The position numbers and the translations under genes were made by a program. A DNA stretch of 64,000 bases from Camelus ferus (taxonomy: Eukaryota), in contig NC_045696.1 in NCBI RefSeq assembly GCF_009834535.1, positions 53,880,001 through 53,944,000 of the forward strand. The letters run 5' to 3'. The notes beneath the pieces were generated by a model. It was not told the DNA's origin. It did no database searches and worked only from the letters and a program-made list of their open reading frames with translations. Shown in pieces: positions 49,891 to 63,644 of the stretch (position 1 is its first letter; every line of letters begins with the position of its first letter).

Positions 49891-50719
49891 TGTCTTAACA
49901 GAATAGCTTCAATACTTCAACTTCTCTTAGCAATACAATTTCTTTTTGCATTCCATGAGCAAATACTTCGAGTTCTTCTCCTAGCTTTTATCCTATCTTA
50001 CTTTTCTTCACTGGTTCCTCTTCTACTCTCGCCATTAAAACTGGTGATTAGCACTTCTCCAGGATCTCTCTTTAACCCTTCCTTCAATCTACGCTCTCTC
50101 TAATGGGGAAGCCTATCTTTAACTCCCATTTATACACTGATGTATCTCGTTTCTATCTTGAGTATTTATCTCCCTTTGAGCTCAGACGCTGAATTCTTCA
50201 ACAGCAGAACATACTCAAGTGACTGTTCAACAGGCAACTCAAACCCAGGTGTCCAAACAAATCTGAGCTCTTTATCTACCCCACCTCCCTGCCAACTTGT
50301 TCCTCCTTTTGTTGTCCAAACAGTAATTGTGGAATGAATCAAAGAACAAAATAAGGGGGGAAATGGGAAGATGAGAAGGCAGAAAAGTGGAAATTACGAG
50401 TTTAGTAAGTACAATGTTAACATCCATTGGACTGTTTTGCAGTTTTTACTCACGGTCATCAAGGACTATGGTTTAAGGATTCTTTAATTCGTATTTAAGA
50501 AAACTGTTCCCCCCACACTGACATTTGTCCTTTCCCTTTGGATGTCCTTCAAACTGGGATATACTTTTAAAAGTATCTTTCAAGTATCCACTTGTCTGCA
50601 TCATCTACCTTAATCAGTTACCCAGTTTCCTCGTCGAGTCCCCAGGAATAACTAAGACATCTTCAGGGACTTAGACCTTATTCCTGATAGAAACACAATA
50701 AGGAATCAAGGCCTGTCTT

Positions 50720-51000
50720 TCTCATATTTGTTTATCAAACTGATACTGAGCACTAACCAGTTGTGTGGCATTTTCTAAGCACTCCACAGGCACGTGGATG
50801 CTCACAACCCACAGTTGTGCAAGGGAGACACTATTATTCGATTATCCTCATCCCATTTTCATGGATGGGTATCTGAGGCGTAGGACAACTAAGAAACATG
50901 CTCAGAGTCACACAAATAAGAAAAGTGCCTGAGACAGAATATAAACTCAAGCAGTCTGGCCCTAGAACCTAGGTCTTTAACTGCCAGGTCACACTTTCTC
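50720..51000 (-). mobile_element. MIR
   Basis: ACTGAGCACT..CCCATTTTCATGGATG..CTGAGG..GTCACAC..AACTCAAGCAGTCTGG. Confidence 0.75.
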
Positions 51001-52634
51001 TGGTGAGTGAATAAGTGAAGACACATTCAGTGTGATTTCATAGGTACTAGGAAGGTTCAATTTCCTTCAGTTGGTCCTCTTGTCATCTATTTGCTGAGGC
51101 CTAAAATTCCAGGTCAGATCCTAATCCCTTTAGTGAAACACAATGATTGCTATTCAAATGCAAATATAACCTTATCTGTCCTTCATACCTTAGTACAAAT
51201 TGATTTAGTAAGATAGTTTGTGACAGCAGATTTTGATAATGGGAGTGTCCAAGGAGACACTGAGACAGAGATTTTAAAGCAGGAGCCTTCTGAGAAGAGA
51301 AGGGCTTGGGGGAGGGAGCTTGAAGCTGTGCCCAGCATCTCAGGCTTATCTGGGTTGGCTATGAAGACTGAGGGAAAATTTCACTGCACTGGGAAGCAGG
51401 TGGGGACAGAGATTTATTTCATTTTTCCTTGGTGTACTGAGATTTCAATATTTCCATCTAAATAAGAAGATTAAAACAGATCCAAATTTGCCCTAGAACA
51501 AAAAAAAGGACAGAGGTCTTAACCTATAGGATAAATGCCCTAAGGAGTTGTGAAATCATTACAAGGCAATACTAAAATGTATATGCTCACCAAGCATTCC
51601 CTTTAGAGTGAATAAACAGTAGGCAGGAAAAAAAATGTATATGTATATTTCATTATCTCTCAAAATGTATAGATTCTAAATTACAAATTATTTTAGAAAT
51701 AAATACATGATCTTCTTGCCATTATAGATTTTCTCAAGCAATTTGGACTAGGGAGGGGTAAAGAGGCTGCATCTTTTGACCTCATACTTGAATTATGAAC
51801 CACTGCTATAGAGAAGAAATCTGGAGTCAAGCTGAACAAGCGTGGTGATCTTCTATGTGTCTTATTCATTTACGTTACTGATGATGCTAAAACTGAAGAT
51901 AGTATCTTTCATCAGCATCACACGTGTAGTAAATAGAAACTGTATCTAGGAAGTAAAAAGCATGGGTCTCTGGGCTAGTGCCCTGGGTAGTGCCCCTAGA
52001 GCCAGGAAGGTGTGTGTGCCCTGATGAGCGGTACTGCTACATGTAGTAACACAACCTTTTCTTGCATCCTTTTACCTTTGCCTCTTTAATTCAGCAATTA
52101 AAACACTTGTAAGGCCTAACAAATCAAGCTGTGGTTTTTCTGACAATTATCACATCTAGATAGAGTAACAAGATCAGTGAAGACACATTCATTGAAATAC
52201 CCATTGGGCCACAGACATCAGCTGCATTTGGGATCAAATCAGGCTATTAAACCACAGGCCAGAGTGTCTGTGATTTGCATGAGTAATTAGAAATGATTAA
52301 TAGAATGCCTTGCTTAATTAAACTTATCTCATAAGGGCACCTCTCGAAAACTCATAAGCTTGACAATTCATAATCACCCTCGGTATGTTGGGTGTAATAT
52401 TTTTTGGCTCTAATGAAGGATTTTTTGAGTATTTAAAATGGACATAATTTAATGGCACAAGACACAATGTCTTAGAAATTTAAGAATTCTATAGAACAGT
52501 ATAGAAAACATAAAATGATGATGTTTCAGGAAACACTATAATAAAGGAACATAGGTTGTTTCAGTGAGCCTAGCTGCTAAGTAAGATGTCTGGCTCTTTC
52601 ATATAGGAAAAGTGACATTTAAGAATAACATTAC

Positions 52635-53012
52635 TGTCTCAGTCAGTTTGGACTGCTATTAAAAAATAATACCATAAACTAGGTGGTGAAATGTTTATTT
52701 CTCATCGATCTGGAAGATCTGGAGGCTAAAGTATAAGATGAAGGTGCTGGCAGATTCATTGTCTAGTGGGAGATCGCTTTCTGATTTGTAGGCAGCTGCC
52801 CTCCAGATGTATCCTTACATAGTAGAGAGGGGGAGATCTGGTGTCCTCTCCTCTTTCTGTAAGGGCATTAATCCCATAATGGGGGCTCCATCCTCATAAC
52901 TTCACTTAAACCAAAGTATCTCTCAACGACCCACCTCTAAATACCAGCATACTGGTGATTTGGACTTCTACATGTGAATTTGACAGGAGACACAACCATG
53001 CAGTCCATAGAA
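52635..53012 (-). mobile_element. MaLR solo LTR (MLT1A-like)
   Basis: TGTCTCAGTCAGTTTGGACTGCTAT..TTTATTTCTCA..TCTGGAGGCT..AAGGTGCTGGCAGATTC..TAAGGGCATTAATCCCAT..CAGTCCATAG. Confidence 0.9.
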
Positions 53013-55014
53013 AATTAGCCAAATACTTATTTAGCTTTTAGTTCAATAGTGAAGATTAAGAATCAGACAAAATCTGTTAAGTAGCTGCTGAGTACCAAAT
53101 GACACAGTTAATGCTGCCATGAATACAAGTGAGAATAAAGACTACGTTTGAACTTAAAGGGTGTGTAATTGAATGGCAAAAATATTTCTTAAAACACACA
53201 TACGTCTGTCAACTAATTTAGCTATGGTTTTTGAAGTCAAGGAAGATGAACTTAGAGCAAAAGTGTGAGAGGTAAAAGACGCACTGAAAGCCATAAAGCT
53301 TAAATACTTATAAACTCATGCTAATTCCTAAGAGGTGCAGTATCTCATCATCATTTTTCATATTCATAGGAGGATTTTTTCTTGTCTTTCAGAGAAATCT
53401 CTTCTTAATTCTACTGTTTTCTGGAGCAGTTCTCTCTTTGTTCCCTTCATCCTGTTAGTTCACTTCTCCCCTGTTTTTAATTACCATACCTACTTCTTAT
53501 CTAGATAAATGCTTCATCCCTACCCAATTGCCAGACATTTTTGAGAGTCCCAATAATAACTGAAATTCAAAATATATGCTTAATTTTCAGTGCATAACAT
53601 ATCCATTTTAAGTTAAAAATAATAAATATTTTAAATAAATATTTCCCATAAACTATTTTTATTCAATGCGTTTTGGGGAAATCAATGGATGATCTAAGGA
53701 GAATGAGCTTAAGGAACTGGAGGGATGAGTATTGGGAGCCATTATAATCTTCTGAATTAGGCAGTGATGAGATTATTCCCACAAAATGATTTGTTTATAT
53801 GTTTAGTTGAATGCTTGAGTGCATACTCTGCTCTATGTATATTATTACATACTAGTACCAGAATCTGAGTGCTAGAAAACTTTTTTTCAGCAAACAATAA
53901 ATTATTATTCCAGCCAGTGGCAATTTAGAATCCAAGAGTAACTTTAAGACAGCCATCTGTGCCCTAACGTGACTGAACTCAACTGGTCAGCAACGGTAAA
54001 TGCATTTATTTGTCTGTCATCTGTAAGGTAGCAGCTTTTTCTTCAATTTCACAGAGGCATGCCACTTCAGGGCTTATTTTTACATAAAGAAAATAGTAAA
54101 CTAAATTATTTAGATAAGAGTGAGGTATTATTCAGATCTATGGTTTATGTTTCTAATTTAAACAACTAATGTGCTGAGAGTTGTCATTCAAATGGGTCAT
54201 AAAGTGTGTTTTCAAGAGGAGAACCCCTCTACATTGGGTTTAATTAATCTGTTTTCCTCATGAATGGTGGCAGGTTTTAGCTCTGAATCTTCCCTTTCTC
54301 TCTCACCCATGCAAATACGGTTTTAACCATGCAGTTGAACTTCACATAATATAAAAAAGCAAGTATATTTTAAACCTCTTTATGTGAAGATGGGTATGGA
54401 CAAAGCTCCTGATCTCAAGAAGTCTTAAAATTCTATTTCAGAAGATGAAACAGAACACAAAAAATTAGAAGGAGGCAGTGATAATTACTGTGAGAAGACA
54501 TTTAATCTAAAAATTGTGGTGTTTTTGTGCATTTTGCTGTGGGGTGTATATTATGGCATTGCTATAAATATTCATCTCTGTCCTATATATACAAGAAATC
54601 TGTATTTCTAAGCCTAACAGGCTTGGTGCAGATCACTAAGAAGCTCATAAAACTGCCTGAAGACTCTGAACGTGGCTTTTTGGTTTAGATTTCTTAAGGA
54701 CTAGGTCTTCCTCAGTTTGGGATTTCTTACTGTGCTACTATGAATAGGGAATCAATAAACACTTGCCCAGGGGAGTTGAGATTAGTTGGATCTAGTTGAC
54801 TGAACTAGTGTTTAGAACGAGCTATTTCTTCACTCAGTCAGAGGCATGCTGCTGCCTCCACATGCTCATGGATGTAGGTGGAAAAATGGGTCACTGGGCT
54901 CAAATGTTGAGGATCTCACTACAGAAGGATAGAGGAATAGATATAGACCACTGTTCAAAAGACCCTTGATGAATGGCTGATGATGAGCCAAGGGAGAGTT
55001 AATCGAGATCCATA

Positions 55015-55190
55015 GTAGGTAGTACAGTGGAAAGAGTATCAATCTGTTTTGATCTGGAATCTGCCAAAGATAAGTGGTGCAACTTGGATAAGTTCCTCAA
55101 CCTTTGCGAACTCCAGCATCCCCACCCATAAAAAGAAATGGGATTTGAACAAGATAATTTCTATGACCTCTTAAATCCTAAAATTCTATG
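55015..55190 (+). mobile_element. MIR (MIR3-like tail)
   Basis: GTACAGTGGAAAGAG..CTTGGATAAGTT..AACCT..ATGGGATTTGAAC.AGAT..TCT..ATTCTATGA. Confidence 0.7.
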
Positions 55191-55275
55191 ACAATATCTT
55201 CCAAAATGGGATTTGAACAAGATAATTTCTATGACCTCTTAAATCCTAAAATTCTATGACAATATCTTCCAAAAT
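55136..55275. repeat. Perfect 68-bp tandem duplication with AAAT microhomology
   Basis: 55136-55203 is identical to 55204-55271; AAAT recurs at 55272-55275. Confidence 0.95.
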
Positions 55276-55532
55276 ACATTCTAGAAGAACTTAGTAAACA
55301 TTCTGTGAGAATAGATTCTCTGACAAAATAAGTTTGCTAAAAATTTGGATTACTATGGACTTTTTTAAATAATAAGACTTTTAATGACTTGAGCATGCTA
55401 GTGCGCATTTTGTGACTCTACAATAGGATCTCCTCAAGCTTATTTGACTATGAAATTCTTTATTTTTATGTAAAGCCTATTAACAACTAAAGGGATGATC
55501 ATATTCTACAGAATGGAGTTTGGGAAAAGTAC
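55260..55532. mobile_element. Old hAT-Charlie MITE
   Basis: TIR-like CAATATCTTCCAAA...TTTGGGAAAAGT; AAATAAGTTTG, CTTATTTGAC. Confidence 0.55.
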
Positions 55533-55574
55533 TTTCACGATTGTAAAAATTCCTCGATAGCCCTTAGACAGAAC

Positions 55575-55810
55575 TCGTCACAGTAACTAACACAGCTAAT
55601 TCCATACATTCTTATTGAGTGCTTCCTCTGTGAAAAGCTCTTTTGAATATTATTGCTCTGCCCACTGTTATAACAGACTGTGGATGTAGATATTATTATA
55701 TCATTTTATAGGTGAAGGAATTGAGTCCTAAGGGATTATATGATTTGTCCTATGTGAGAAAATGAAGGAATGAAATTAGAACCCACTATGTTGACTCTAT
55801 AGTGCTGTCT
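55575..55810 (-). mobile_element. MIR
   Basis: TTATTGAGTGCTT..TATTATTATATCATTTTATAGGTGAAGGAATTGAG. Confidence 0.7.
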
Positions 55811-56109
55811 ACTTTGCCTCCCAGATTTTGACCACCTCTGAAGCTGCACTTTTACCTTGCAGTGTAGTCTGAGGTGGGCTGGCATTTCACAGGGGACCAT
55901 GACCACAGGCCACTCAGAAGAGAACAATAACTACCATTGCCGAATGATACAACGTGGAGGCCACAGCCCTGTAACATTTAATAGTTTAAATACTCAAGGA
56001 TACCTGGAGAAAAGTTTTCCAGAAATTACTCCCAATGAGTTCATACATATTATGTTCTTTTTTTATCTGTGTAGTGGAAATTATTTTTTTCATATTAGAA
56101 TTAAAATAT

Positions 56110-56300
56110 ATATTTCTTATTGAAGTATAGTTGATTTACAATGTTAGTTTCAGGTGTACCACAAAGCAATTCAGTTACATATATACATACATTTTTTTTT
56201 CAGATTTTTTTTCCATTATACGTTATCATAAGAAATTGAATATAGTTTCCTGTGTTATACAGTAGGTCTTTGTTGTTTATCTATTTTATATATAGTAACA
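56110..56300 (-). mobile_element. Short L1 3' end (artiodactyl type)
   Basis: ATTGAAGTATAGTTGATTTACAATGTTAGTTTCAGGTGTAC..TGAATATAGTTTCCTGTGTTATACAGTAGG. Confidence 0.88.
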
Positions 56301-56772
56301 AATATTATTATATTCTAATATATAATGAGTATATATTATAATATTATATTCTAAGAAAGGAGAAGTAAATATGTATATATATATATATATATTTCTCTAA
56401 ATGAAATTTTTATGGTATTTATTTGCTTCAAATGTGCGAAGTCAATGTTCTTTCAACCACTTGCTCTCCATGAACTTACAGTTCCAACACAGGCTGAACT
56501 GTTTATCTTGTTTATCTTCACAACTCTTCTTCAAGAAGAATCTCCTTCTTGTTCTATAGACAGGAAATTGGTGCACTGCAAAATGAATGACTAGAGAAAC
56601 CTTAACAACATAGTAGTTGCCCAGGATGTAAAGACAGATATCAAATTCTCTTATTTCTTACCCTGTGGCACGCAGCTCTAGAGCTTGACTGTTTTATCTC
56701 CCTGGCTTTTGGGTGGAGAGTAATATGGACCTCAATGATCATAGGTTTTTTGATAGATCAAAAAAAAATTGA

Positions 56773-56940
56773 CTTCTGTATAGCACAGGGAACTATATTT
56801 AATATAGTAGTAACCTAGAATAAAAAAGAATATGAAAACAACTATATGTATATATATGTATGACTGAAACATTATGCTGTAGACCAGAAATTGACACATT
56901 GTAACTGACTATACTTCAATACAAATTAAAAAAAAAAAAA
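56773..56940 (+). mobile_element. Short young L1 3' end
   Basis: CTTCTGTATAGCACAGGGAACTATAT..ACATTGTAACTGACTATACTTCAAT poly-A; approximate TSD AAAAAAAATTGA/AAAAGAATTTGA. Confidence 0.88.
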
Positions 56941-57734
56941 AAAAGAATTTGAGATAAAGTGGACAGAAAAAAGAAATAAGCCATAGCTAGGTAAGAAATG
57001 TTTCGACAAACAGAAGAATTACTGTGACTCAAACATATATTGAATGTACTGTTTCATAGATATCCTAAGTTTAGTCAAGAGACAAGGGAACTCCAATAAT
57101 GATTTTCCCCAAACAGAGGTTCTACTCCCAAATAAATAATTTTGAAAAAGGCACTGAACCAAAAGCTTATTTATCATCTCTTCAAAATAAGAAATTAATA
57201 CTTCTTCAAATTTTGTAACCAAATAATATGTTCAAGGCTTACATGTTGACTGCAGTGAATACCATCACCAAACATAGACAATTGGATTTAACTGGCTGTA
57301 CTATATAGTCCACCTGAATCAGTGTATTCTTCCCCCCAAAAGTTACATAACAAGAATGTGATGGAGGTAATTAGAGTATAGAAGGAAGAAAACAGCTAAT
57401 AGCGGATTCGAGCAATGTTCTATGCCTTGCTTTCCCCATTTGTAAACTAGGGATAATTATTCTTACTCATTAATGAGCTGTAATCTAGATAAACAAATTC
57501 TTCTGAATATATTGCAATTAAATGGTATATATTCCAGGTAAGTAAGTTCTTAAAGAAACGTTTGGTTTTTCCTTATCTCTGAATTTTCTGGACTGGCCCT
57601 TGATGAAAGGACTGTGAACTTGAAAACAGCCAACCCTAGCAAAGAGATCAAATGACCCTCTGTGATCACTGACTACAAAGCCCAGTCAAACACTAAGCAG
57701 TGGTTCTAACCTCGGCCAGACTTACCCAGAGAGA

Positions 57735-57950
57735 GCATCTTAGAGTTGATAGAGAAATGGACTCTAATCCAAAGTCCAGAGTCCTACTATGGACCCTTTC
57801 ACAGAGGCTATTTGTCTTTGGCAACTAACTTAACTTTTTAAGCCTGACTCCTCATCTGGGGCCATGGTTCTTACCTTGTCTGCTTCACAAAGTTGTAAAG
57901 AGGATCAAATCAAATAATATATGAGTGCTGGAAAGTGTCAAGTATTATAG
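57735..57950 (+). mobile_element. MIR
   Basis: CTTAAC..CTCCTCATCTG..CTTCACAAAGTTGTAAAGAGGATCAAAT. Confidence 0.7.
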
Positions 57951-60549
57951 AAACAGACGCAGAGAACCCCTAGTCTGTAGGATATTTGACCCCATGTCCA
58001 TCTCTGTAAAATTTGCCTTCCCCATGGTGACATCTGAGACTCTTTTATTTAAAGAAAGGCTGACTAGAATAAGACCTACACTCTGGTCAGTGACCTGCTG
58101 CACGTGTGCATGTGTGCATGTGTGCAAAAGATTACTGTAGCTATTGTCATGAGACACCCGCACTGCTTCCTCGGCCGACCTCCCAGACTCTGCACTGTTG
58201 TGAAATAAAATGCACTCAGCTCACTGGTATTCTCTGCCCTGGAGCTGTCATCTTTCAGCTTTAGTGCCTGAGTGAGCCCAATGCCATCACCTAGTGGTGA
58301 AGGCATAGAAGACACCAAAATGAGAAGTAGGAAAGTCTTTGCCACTGCAAGTGTGATGTGATGCCACTAGAAAAGGGATAAAGTCATGTAACAAATTTTC
58401 TGGTGCCAGAGTGGCTGAAGCAGCATGGATGGTCATTAAGGAACTGAACAAGATTTCATGGGAATCAGAACTTAAACATTATACATCATATCTTTATGCA
58501 CTCTAATAACATGGGCTGCCTCTTGTCCCTTTCAACATGAGGCTAGAGTCAAACAGTATCTAAGAAACACTGAAAAGACATCTCAGTTATTATTAAAATA
58601 TTTCAAGTGTTGACAAGAGAGAATCCAAAAGATGGCCAGAAGATTCTTTTCAGGATAAGAAGTCCTCCAAGCAGTTTCTCAAAACAATCCAACTAACAAA
58701 GTACGCTCCTCTCTCCTCCACACCGCAGTCTCCAGCCCTGGGTGATCAGTTTGCTGATTCGTCCCTCTCATCCTGATACTCCAGTCCCTCTTCCACAGCA
58801 CTTTAAGCTGTGATTGTTAAATCAATCTCTCCTTTTTTGGCTCTTTTTAATTCTGCTCCTTATCCTATTTCCCCATTTGAACAACAAACAAAACAAAACA
58901 AATAAACTTCAGACACCTGTGGGCTGTTGCCCCAACGACAGCCTGGAGGAGAGAGAAGAGGAAATTGTGACTATATTTCTATCATTCAGTTTATATATTT
59001 CCCAGCTACATATGAGTAGGTGGGAAAGTCTGATAGTGAAAGACAGGCTCCTATTGAAATAGAACCACATTTATAGGTATGTGGAGTTGAAATACCCTGA
59101 ACATTGATGGGTTTCCAAGACAATAGAGATATGGAGACTGAGGCTCAGAGAGTTCCTGTGTAGGCTGACAGAGCTTCACTGTGGTAGAGCAAAGAGAGAT
59201 GTACTATATCACTCTTGCTTCTCAAACCACTTATTCTTCCTCCGGGCATCAGTAACAAGAAGCTGACTAAGACAGGCACACACACGCAGGCACCCCAAAG
59301 TGTACAAGTTACAAGATATGGTTCAATGTTTGACTTTTAGAGTTACAAGAAATACAAGATGGCTGAGATAATTCAGGCTAAAGACTGTTCATTCTGGTTT
59401 GTTCTAGGGGCCATTTCTACATTTTTTTTTTTTGGCTTAATTGTTATAAGACTCCAACTTCTGTGAACCACGATACCAAAAGCTGGCATATGTAATTAAA
59501 AATAATACACACAATTAATCCAATTTTAATTCTGTGATTAAAAATATTTTCCCTTCAGGTGATTTTGGACAATATTTTATACTGTTACGCTTTTGCTTGT
59601 CTCCTCATTTTCCTTAGCAGCTAAGTTCTGGCTCCTCATGAATTGGGTCAGTAAGCAATCACCAATAAAAACACAAATCTTCATTAAAAATCATCTTCCT
59701 CCATGAATTTTTAGGACTTGAGTTTTCTTTAATCTTAGCAGCACATAGTAGCATGTCTCTGGAATGTGCTTTGCTGTCCTCTGACTAAAAGTGACATTGA
59801 CTTGGTCCCTGGGTCATGGTCTCTACTCTGGCTCATTCCAGTTAGTCAGTAGCACAATCCTGAGATACTCTGCTTCATTGATTTCTGGGAAACAGGACAG
59901 AAAACAGCTGAGTTCTTATGCAAACTGGAGCCAGACTCTGAATTAATATTTAGTAGCAATTTCTCCTTCTTCCCACTTCATCTTATCTTCACATAACAAG
60001 AGCCTACTTGGAGTTTTTGTAGGAAAAGATCTTTGAGAACTAGTTTTCCTCCAAAATATGCTGTTCACTCAGCAGTCATGATGAGGATGGTATGTTCCCA
60101 GATCGAGAATTTTTAAGTAATTTATCTGGCAAGAATCTGAGAGAACAATGTGCTGGGTTTCAGAGACCTTTAGGGCTAAGAAGATGCAGCTGGGAATTAG
60201 AAGGAAAAAAAAGACCATGATTTTTCAGAGATTTGAGGGAGGTTCAACCTAGCGTTGCATCGAGCATACAGAAAGTGTTCAATACTTGCTTGAGGAATGG
60301 AGTAATGTTATCTGGAAGTCACAAAGTAGGGGAGCAATAAAGGGCAGGAAATCTGTGTTTCAGAGCTAAGGATGGAGCCAAATGTCCTGATGGGAATTCA
60401 AGAGGGAAAGCTGAAGGCGACGTAATCACTTAGCAACTAACGCAAAACCCATGTTCTCTCCCTTAACCCACATCACTGCCAAGACACTCCTGGATCACCA
60501 AATTCAGAAATCCAGAAAGTAAACTTGAGGCCATGGCCCTGATTTAATG

Positions 60550-60960
60550 GATGAATTAGTGCTTGGGAATCTCCATGAATGGGATATGAGGAGCTCCTGT
60601 CCAGTGTTTATGCCAAGGCTCAGCGGCCAGCCAGCTGGGTCGGTTACTTTATCCTTGGAGGCCTTCAATACCTCGTCTGTGAGATGAGTGAGTTGTAGTC
60701 AATGGATCCGCGGGCCCCTTAAGCCTTAAAATTCTCTTCTGCATCTGCCGCAGGAAGTTTGTAAAAAAGCCAGCGTGCCAGAGATTGTGCTAAACTCACA
60801 GACTTCACATCACTTAATCCTACATCATCCCTATAAATTATGCATTGTCTCTCCACCTCTTTCTAAATAGGAAATCCAAAGCATACAACGGTTATAGAAC
60901 CTGTTCAAGGTCACACAGCTGGTAAATGGCAAAACTGGGAATGTAACTCAGAGCATACTT
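60550..60960. mobile_element. Two adjacent MIR fragments in opposite orientation
   Basis: Plus: CCTCGTCTGTGAGATG..AAAATTCT; minus: CACTTAATCCT..CAAGGTCACACAGCTGGTAAATGGCAAAACTGGGA. Confidence 0.65.
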
Positions 60961-61457
60961 GTTGTTGCAAATTTTATAAACAGATTAACAGGAAGCAGCC
61001 TTGGTCTCATCCTAAAAACAACAATAAAAGGATGATCATTTTCGATTGCATCCTGGTGCTTAAAATAGAACTGTGACATGAATTGTCATGAAATGATTAT
61101 TTTCTCCCTTGTGCCAAATATAAGTAAGTGGGAACTGCAGTCGAAACCTGAGAAAAATCTCTGCAGGGTTTTGAAATTATCATTGGGTATACAATGTAAT
61201 GGTACTAAAACGCCATTAACCCCTGTGCTTGCTACAATCAACCAAACTTTATTGAGACATCTAATATGGACTGAATGGTGAATGGAGAATTCTAGTCAGT
61301 TTATTTTAAAATCCTCGTAGCATGTGCAGGGAATAATATGTGTAATTTCTGTTCATGAAAATAAAAATAGGTACAGAAGAATTTTAACTTGCCTAAACTA
61401 AGTTTATAACTGAGTGTTATAAACAGACACATCCTCTTGTAAACATCTAGTTTCAGA

Positions 61458-61484
61458 ATATATATATATATATATATATATATA
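61458..61484. repeat. (TA)n microsatellite
   Basis: About 13 perfect TA units. Confidence 0.92.
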
Positions 61485-61697
61485 CACTCATATATATCTC
61501 AGAATTTATATATGTATACATATATATCCATCTATTTTTAAGATCTAAAAAATTACTGAATGTTAAATAAAAAAATGTCAGCATCAGCAAACAGATCATT
61601 TTTTTCATGTGCTAGTCCTCAGGAAATGAGAATTGGTTTGTCCAAAAGATGGAGAAGTAATTTCTGCATTGGGGTATATAGTCCCTAGTCATTTTCC

Positions 61698-61698
61698 T

Positions 61699-61728
<30 letters not shown>
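61698..61728. repeat. (GC)4(AC)11 alternating purine-pyrimidine tract
   Basis: TGCGCGCGCACACAC... Confidence 0.92.
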
Positions 61729-61730
<2 letters not shown>

Positions 61731-63129
61731 CAAATTTTAATTAAATTTTATTTGTTTGGGTTACCTAATTTCACTGAGTATGTACTAATAGTAATTATAA
61801 CTGTATATATTAAAACACATGAATGTATATGCTTAGATATGTAATACTTGTATATATGTGTACATCTGTCTATCCATCCATCAAGTAGATTTCCCACTGC
61901 ATTAAGGTGACTATAAACTAGAGAGACTGACATAAGTCCTCGGGTTTTACAGACAACCATGGAAACCTTATTTAGACCTCAAACTTCTAACATGTAAGTA
62001 ATCGATCTGTCAGCCACAGGACTGATCCGAATCATGAATGAATATGCACTGTGTGCTTAGTGCTGAGATAGGCACTCACGTGGAACAGACACAGCTACAC
62101 GGCATTCTGAAGCCTTCGCCTTAGACTAGGAAAGCGTTAGCAGCACTGGGTGAAAGGGCAGAGGAAAGGCTGACAAACTACACACTCTCTGCAGGGGCTT
62201 TGGGGTCTTGCCCAGCATTAAACTCACTAACCTCATTTTTTGTCAAACAGCAAGAATATTATGTCTACTCAACCTTCTAATACATTTTCAGAGAGAAACC
62301 ACTGCTGCCTTGAATCTAGGCTTCCCCAATGAAGAAAACACGACTCCATATGGAGTTAGGAAATGAAAGGATAGGTATTATGTAGACACAAGATGGAACA
62401 GGTTGTCACATGGCTTTGAAGCATTATATCCAGTTACTCAGCCTTGCTAAAAATCTCCTAGAAACTCCGGCTGTACCAAGGTCAGTCACTACTGGGAGAC
62501 TTGTTTTGTGCCGTTGGCTGTTGTAGTCTATTTTGTTCAGATTTTTCCTTTATCTTTTTTTTTCCTTGGCATCCTATAGGCCTGATTGTGACAACATACC
62601 TTATTACAACTTTCTACTGAAGTTTCTTTTCTAAAGATGCTGATGAATTGATCCTCATTTGATAAATATGTCGTGGACCAGAGAGATAAGCAGTAGCTCT
62701 AAGCAGGCTACTGTTTTCAGTGCTGTCCTTCATCGTGGTCCCTGGAACACAGATCCACCAACAGGCAAGGGAAGAGTCCCATTTTTTTTTTCCATTAATT
62801 CTCAGCTTTGTGGCCATTTTAATAATCTCCCTTTGCTAGAGGTTAGACCCACGGATAGGTGAGCACATTTCAGAATATAAGGCATTTTTAGATTGATGAG
62901 AAGGACCTAGGATGTCCTACCACACTGGCTGTGAAATGGTTAAATAGCAACACCTCCCATATTACTGAAAAGTGGATCTGTAATATTACTCTCTTCATCT
63001 CAGACTTCATCAAAGCAGTTTCTTTTCACCAAAGAGAATGGAGTGAGAGCCTTCCTTTGGCCAATATTAACCTAAGTCAAGGAAAGAGCATTAGGGCCAA
63101 CCAAACAGAAGCATAAAGGCATCCCTGGT

Positions 63130-63350
63130 GTGAAAATAAAGCACTGTGTATCATTTTACCCTGCAGGTTTACAGCCCAGAGTTTAAATCTTGGTTCCACT
63201 ACTTCCCATTTCCATGGAAAAACTACTTACTCTCTGTAAATTCCATTTTCCTTATTTTAAAAACTGGACGAAACAACTCACTCTGAGAATTGTTGTGAAG
63301 ACCGAACAAGAAAATTATGTAAAATTCAGCAAGGTAGGTGATAGTAACTG
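63130..63350 (+). mobile_element. MIR
   Basis: AATCTTGGTTCCACTACTT..TTTCCTTATTTTAAAA..GAATTGTTGTGAAGA. Confidence 0.7.
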
Positions 63351-63644
63351 TCAATGAATGCAACCCTTCCCCCTACTTTTGTTGCATTTGAGAGTGATGA
63401 AAACCTGTAATTTGGTAGACTTTTGCATATGAAAAGACAAAGGACATCTACGAATAACAGAGATCCTGAATGTTACTCATAATAAAACACGGGTAAGAAC
63501 TCAGTGAGACACAAAGAAGATCAGAAGAAGTGAGATGATACAAAGTGAGGACAAGTGGGTTATCTGGTTAAGGATTATCACTAGGATTACGGGAAGGAGG
63601 AAATAGGGATTGGTATTTTCCCCAGCATAGGAGTTTGTGTGGTA

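Larger units (their letters stand above)
48400..50350 (+). mobile_element. Fragmented L2 (interrupted by an L1 at about 49170-49890)
   Basis: CCTTGACCTCACTGCTG, AATCTGGCTTTCAC..CAC..CTGAAAC, CTTTGAGCTCAGAC, AGGCAACTCAAAC..TGTCCAAA. Confidence 0.6.

Noticed and set aside
51014..52191. 16-bp direct repeat AGTGAAGACACATTCA at 51014 and 52176 (13 bp also at 28567)
   Set aside because: About one such match is expected by chance in 64 kb of AT-rich DNA; no element-like structure between copies
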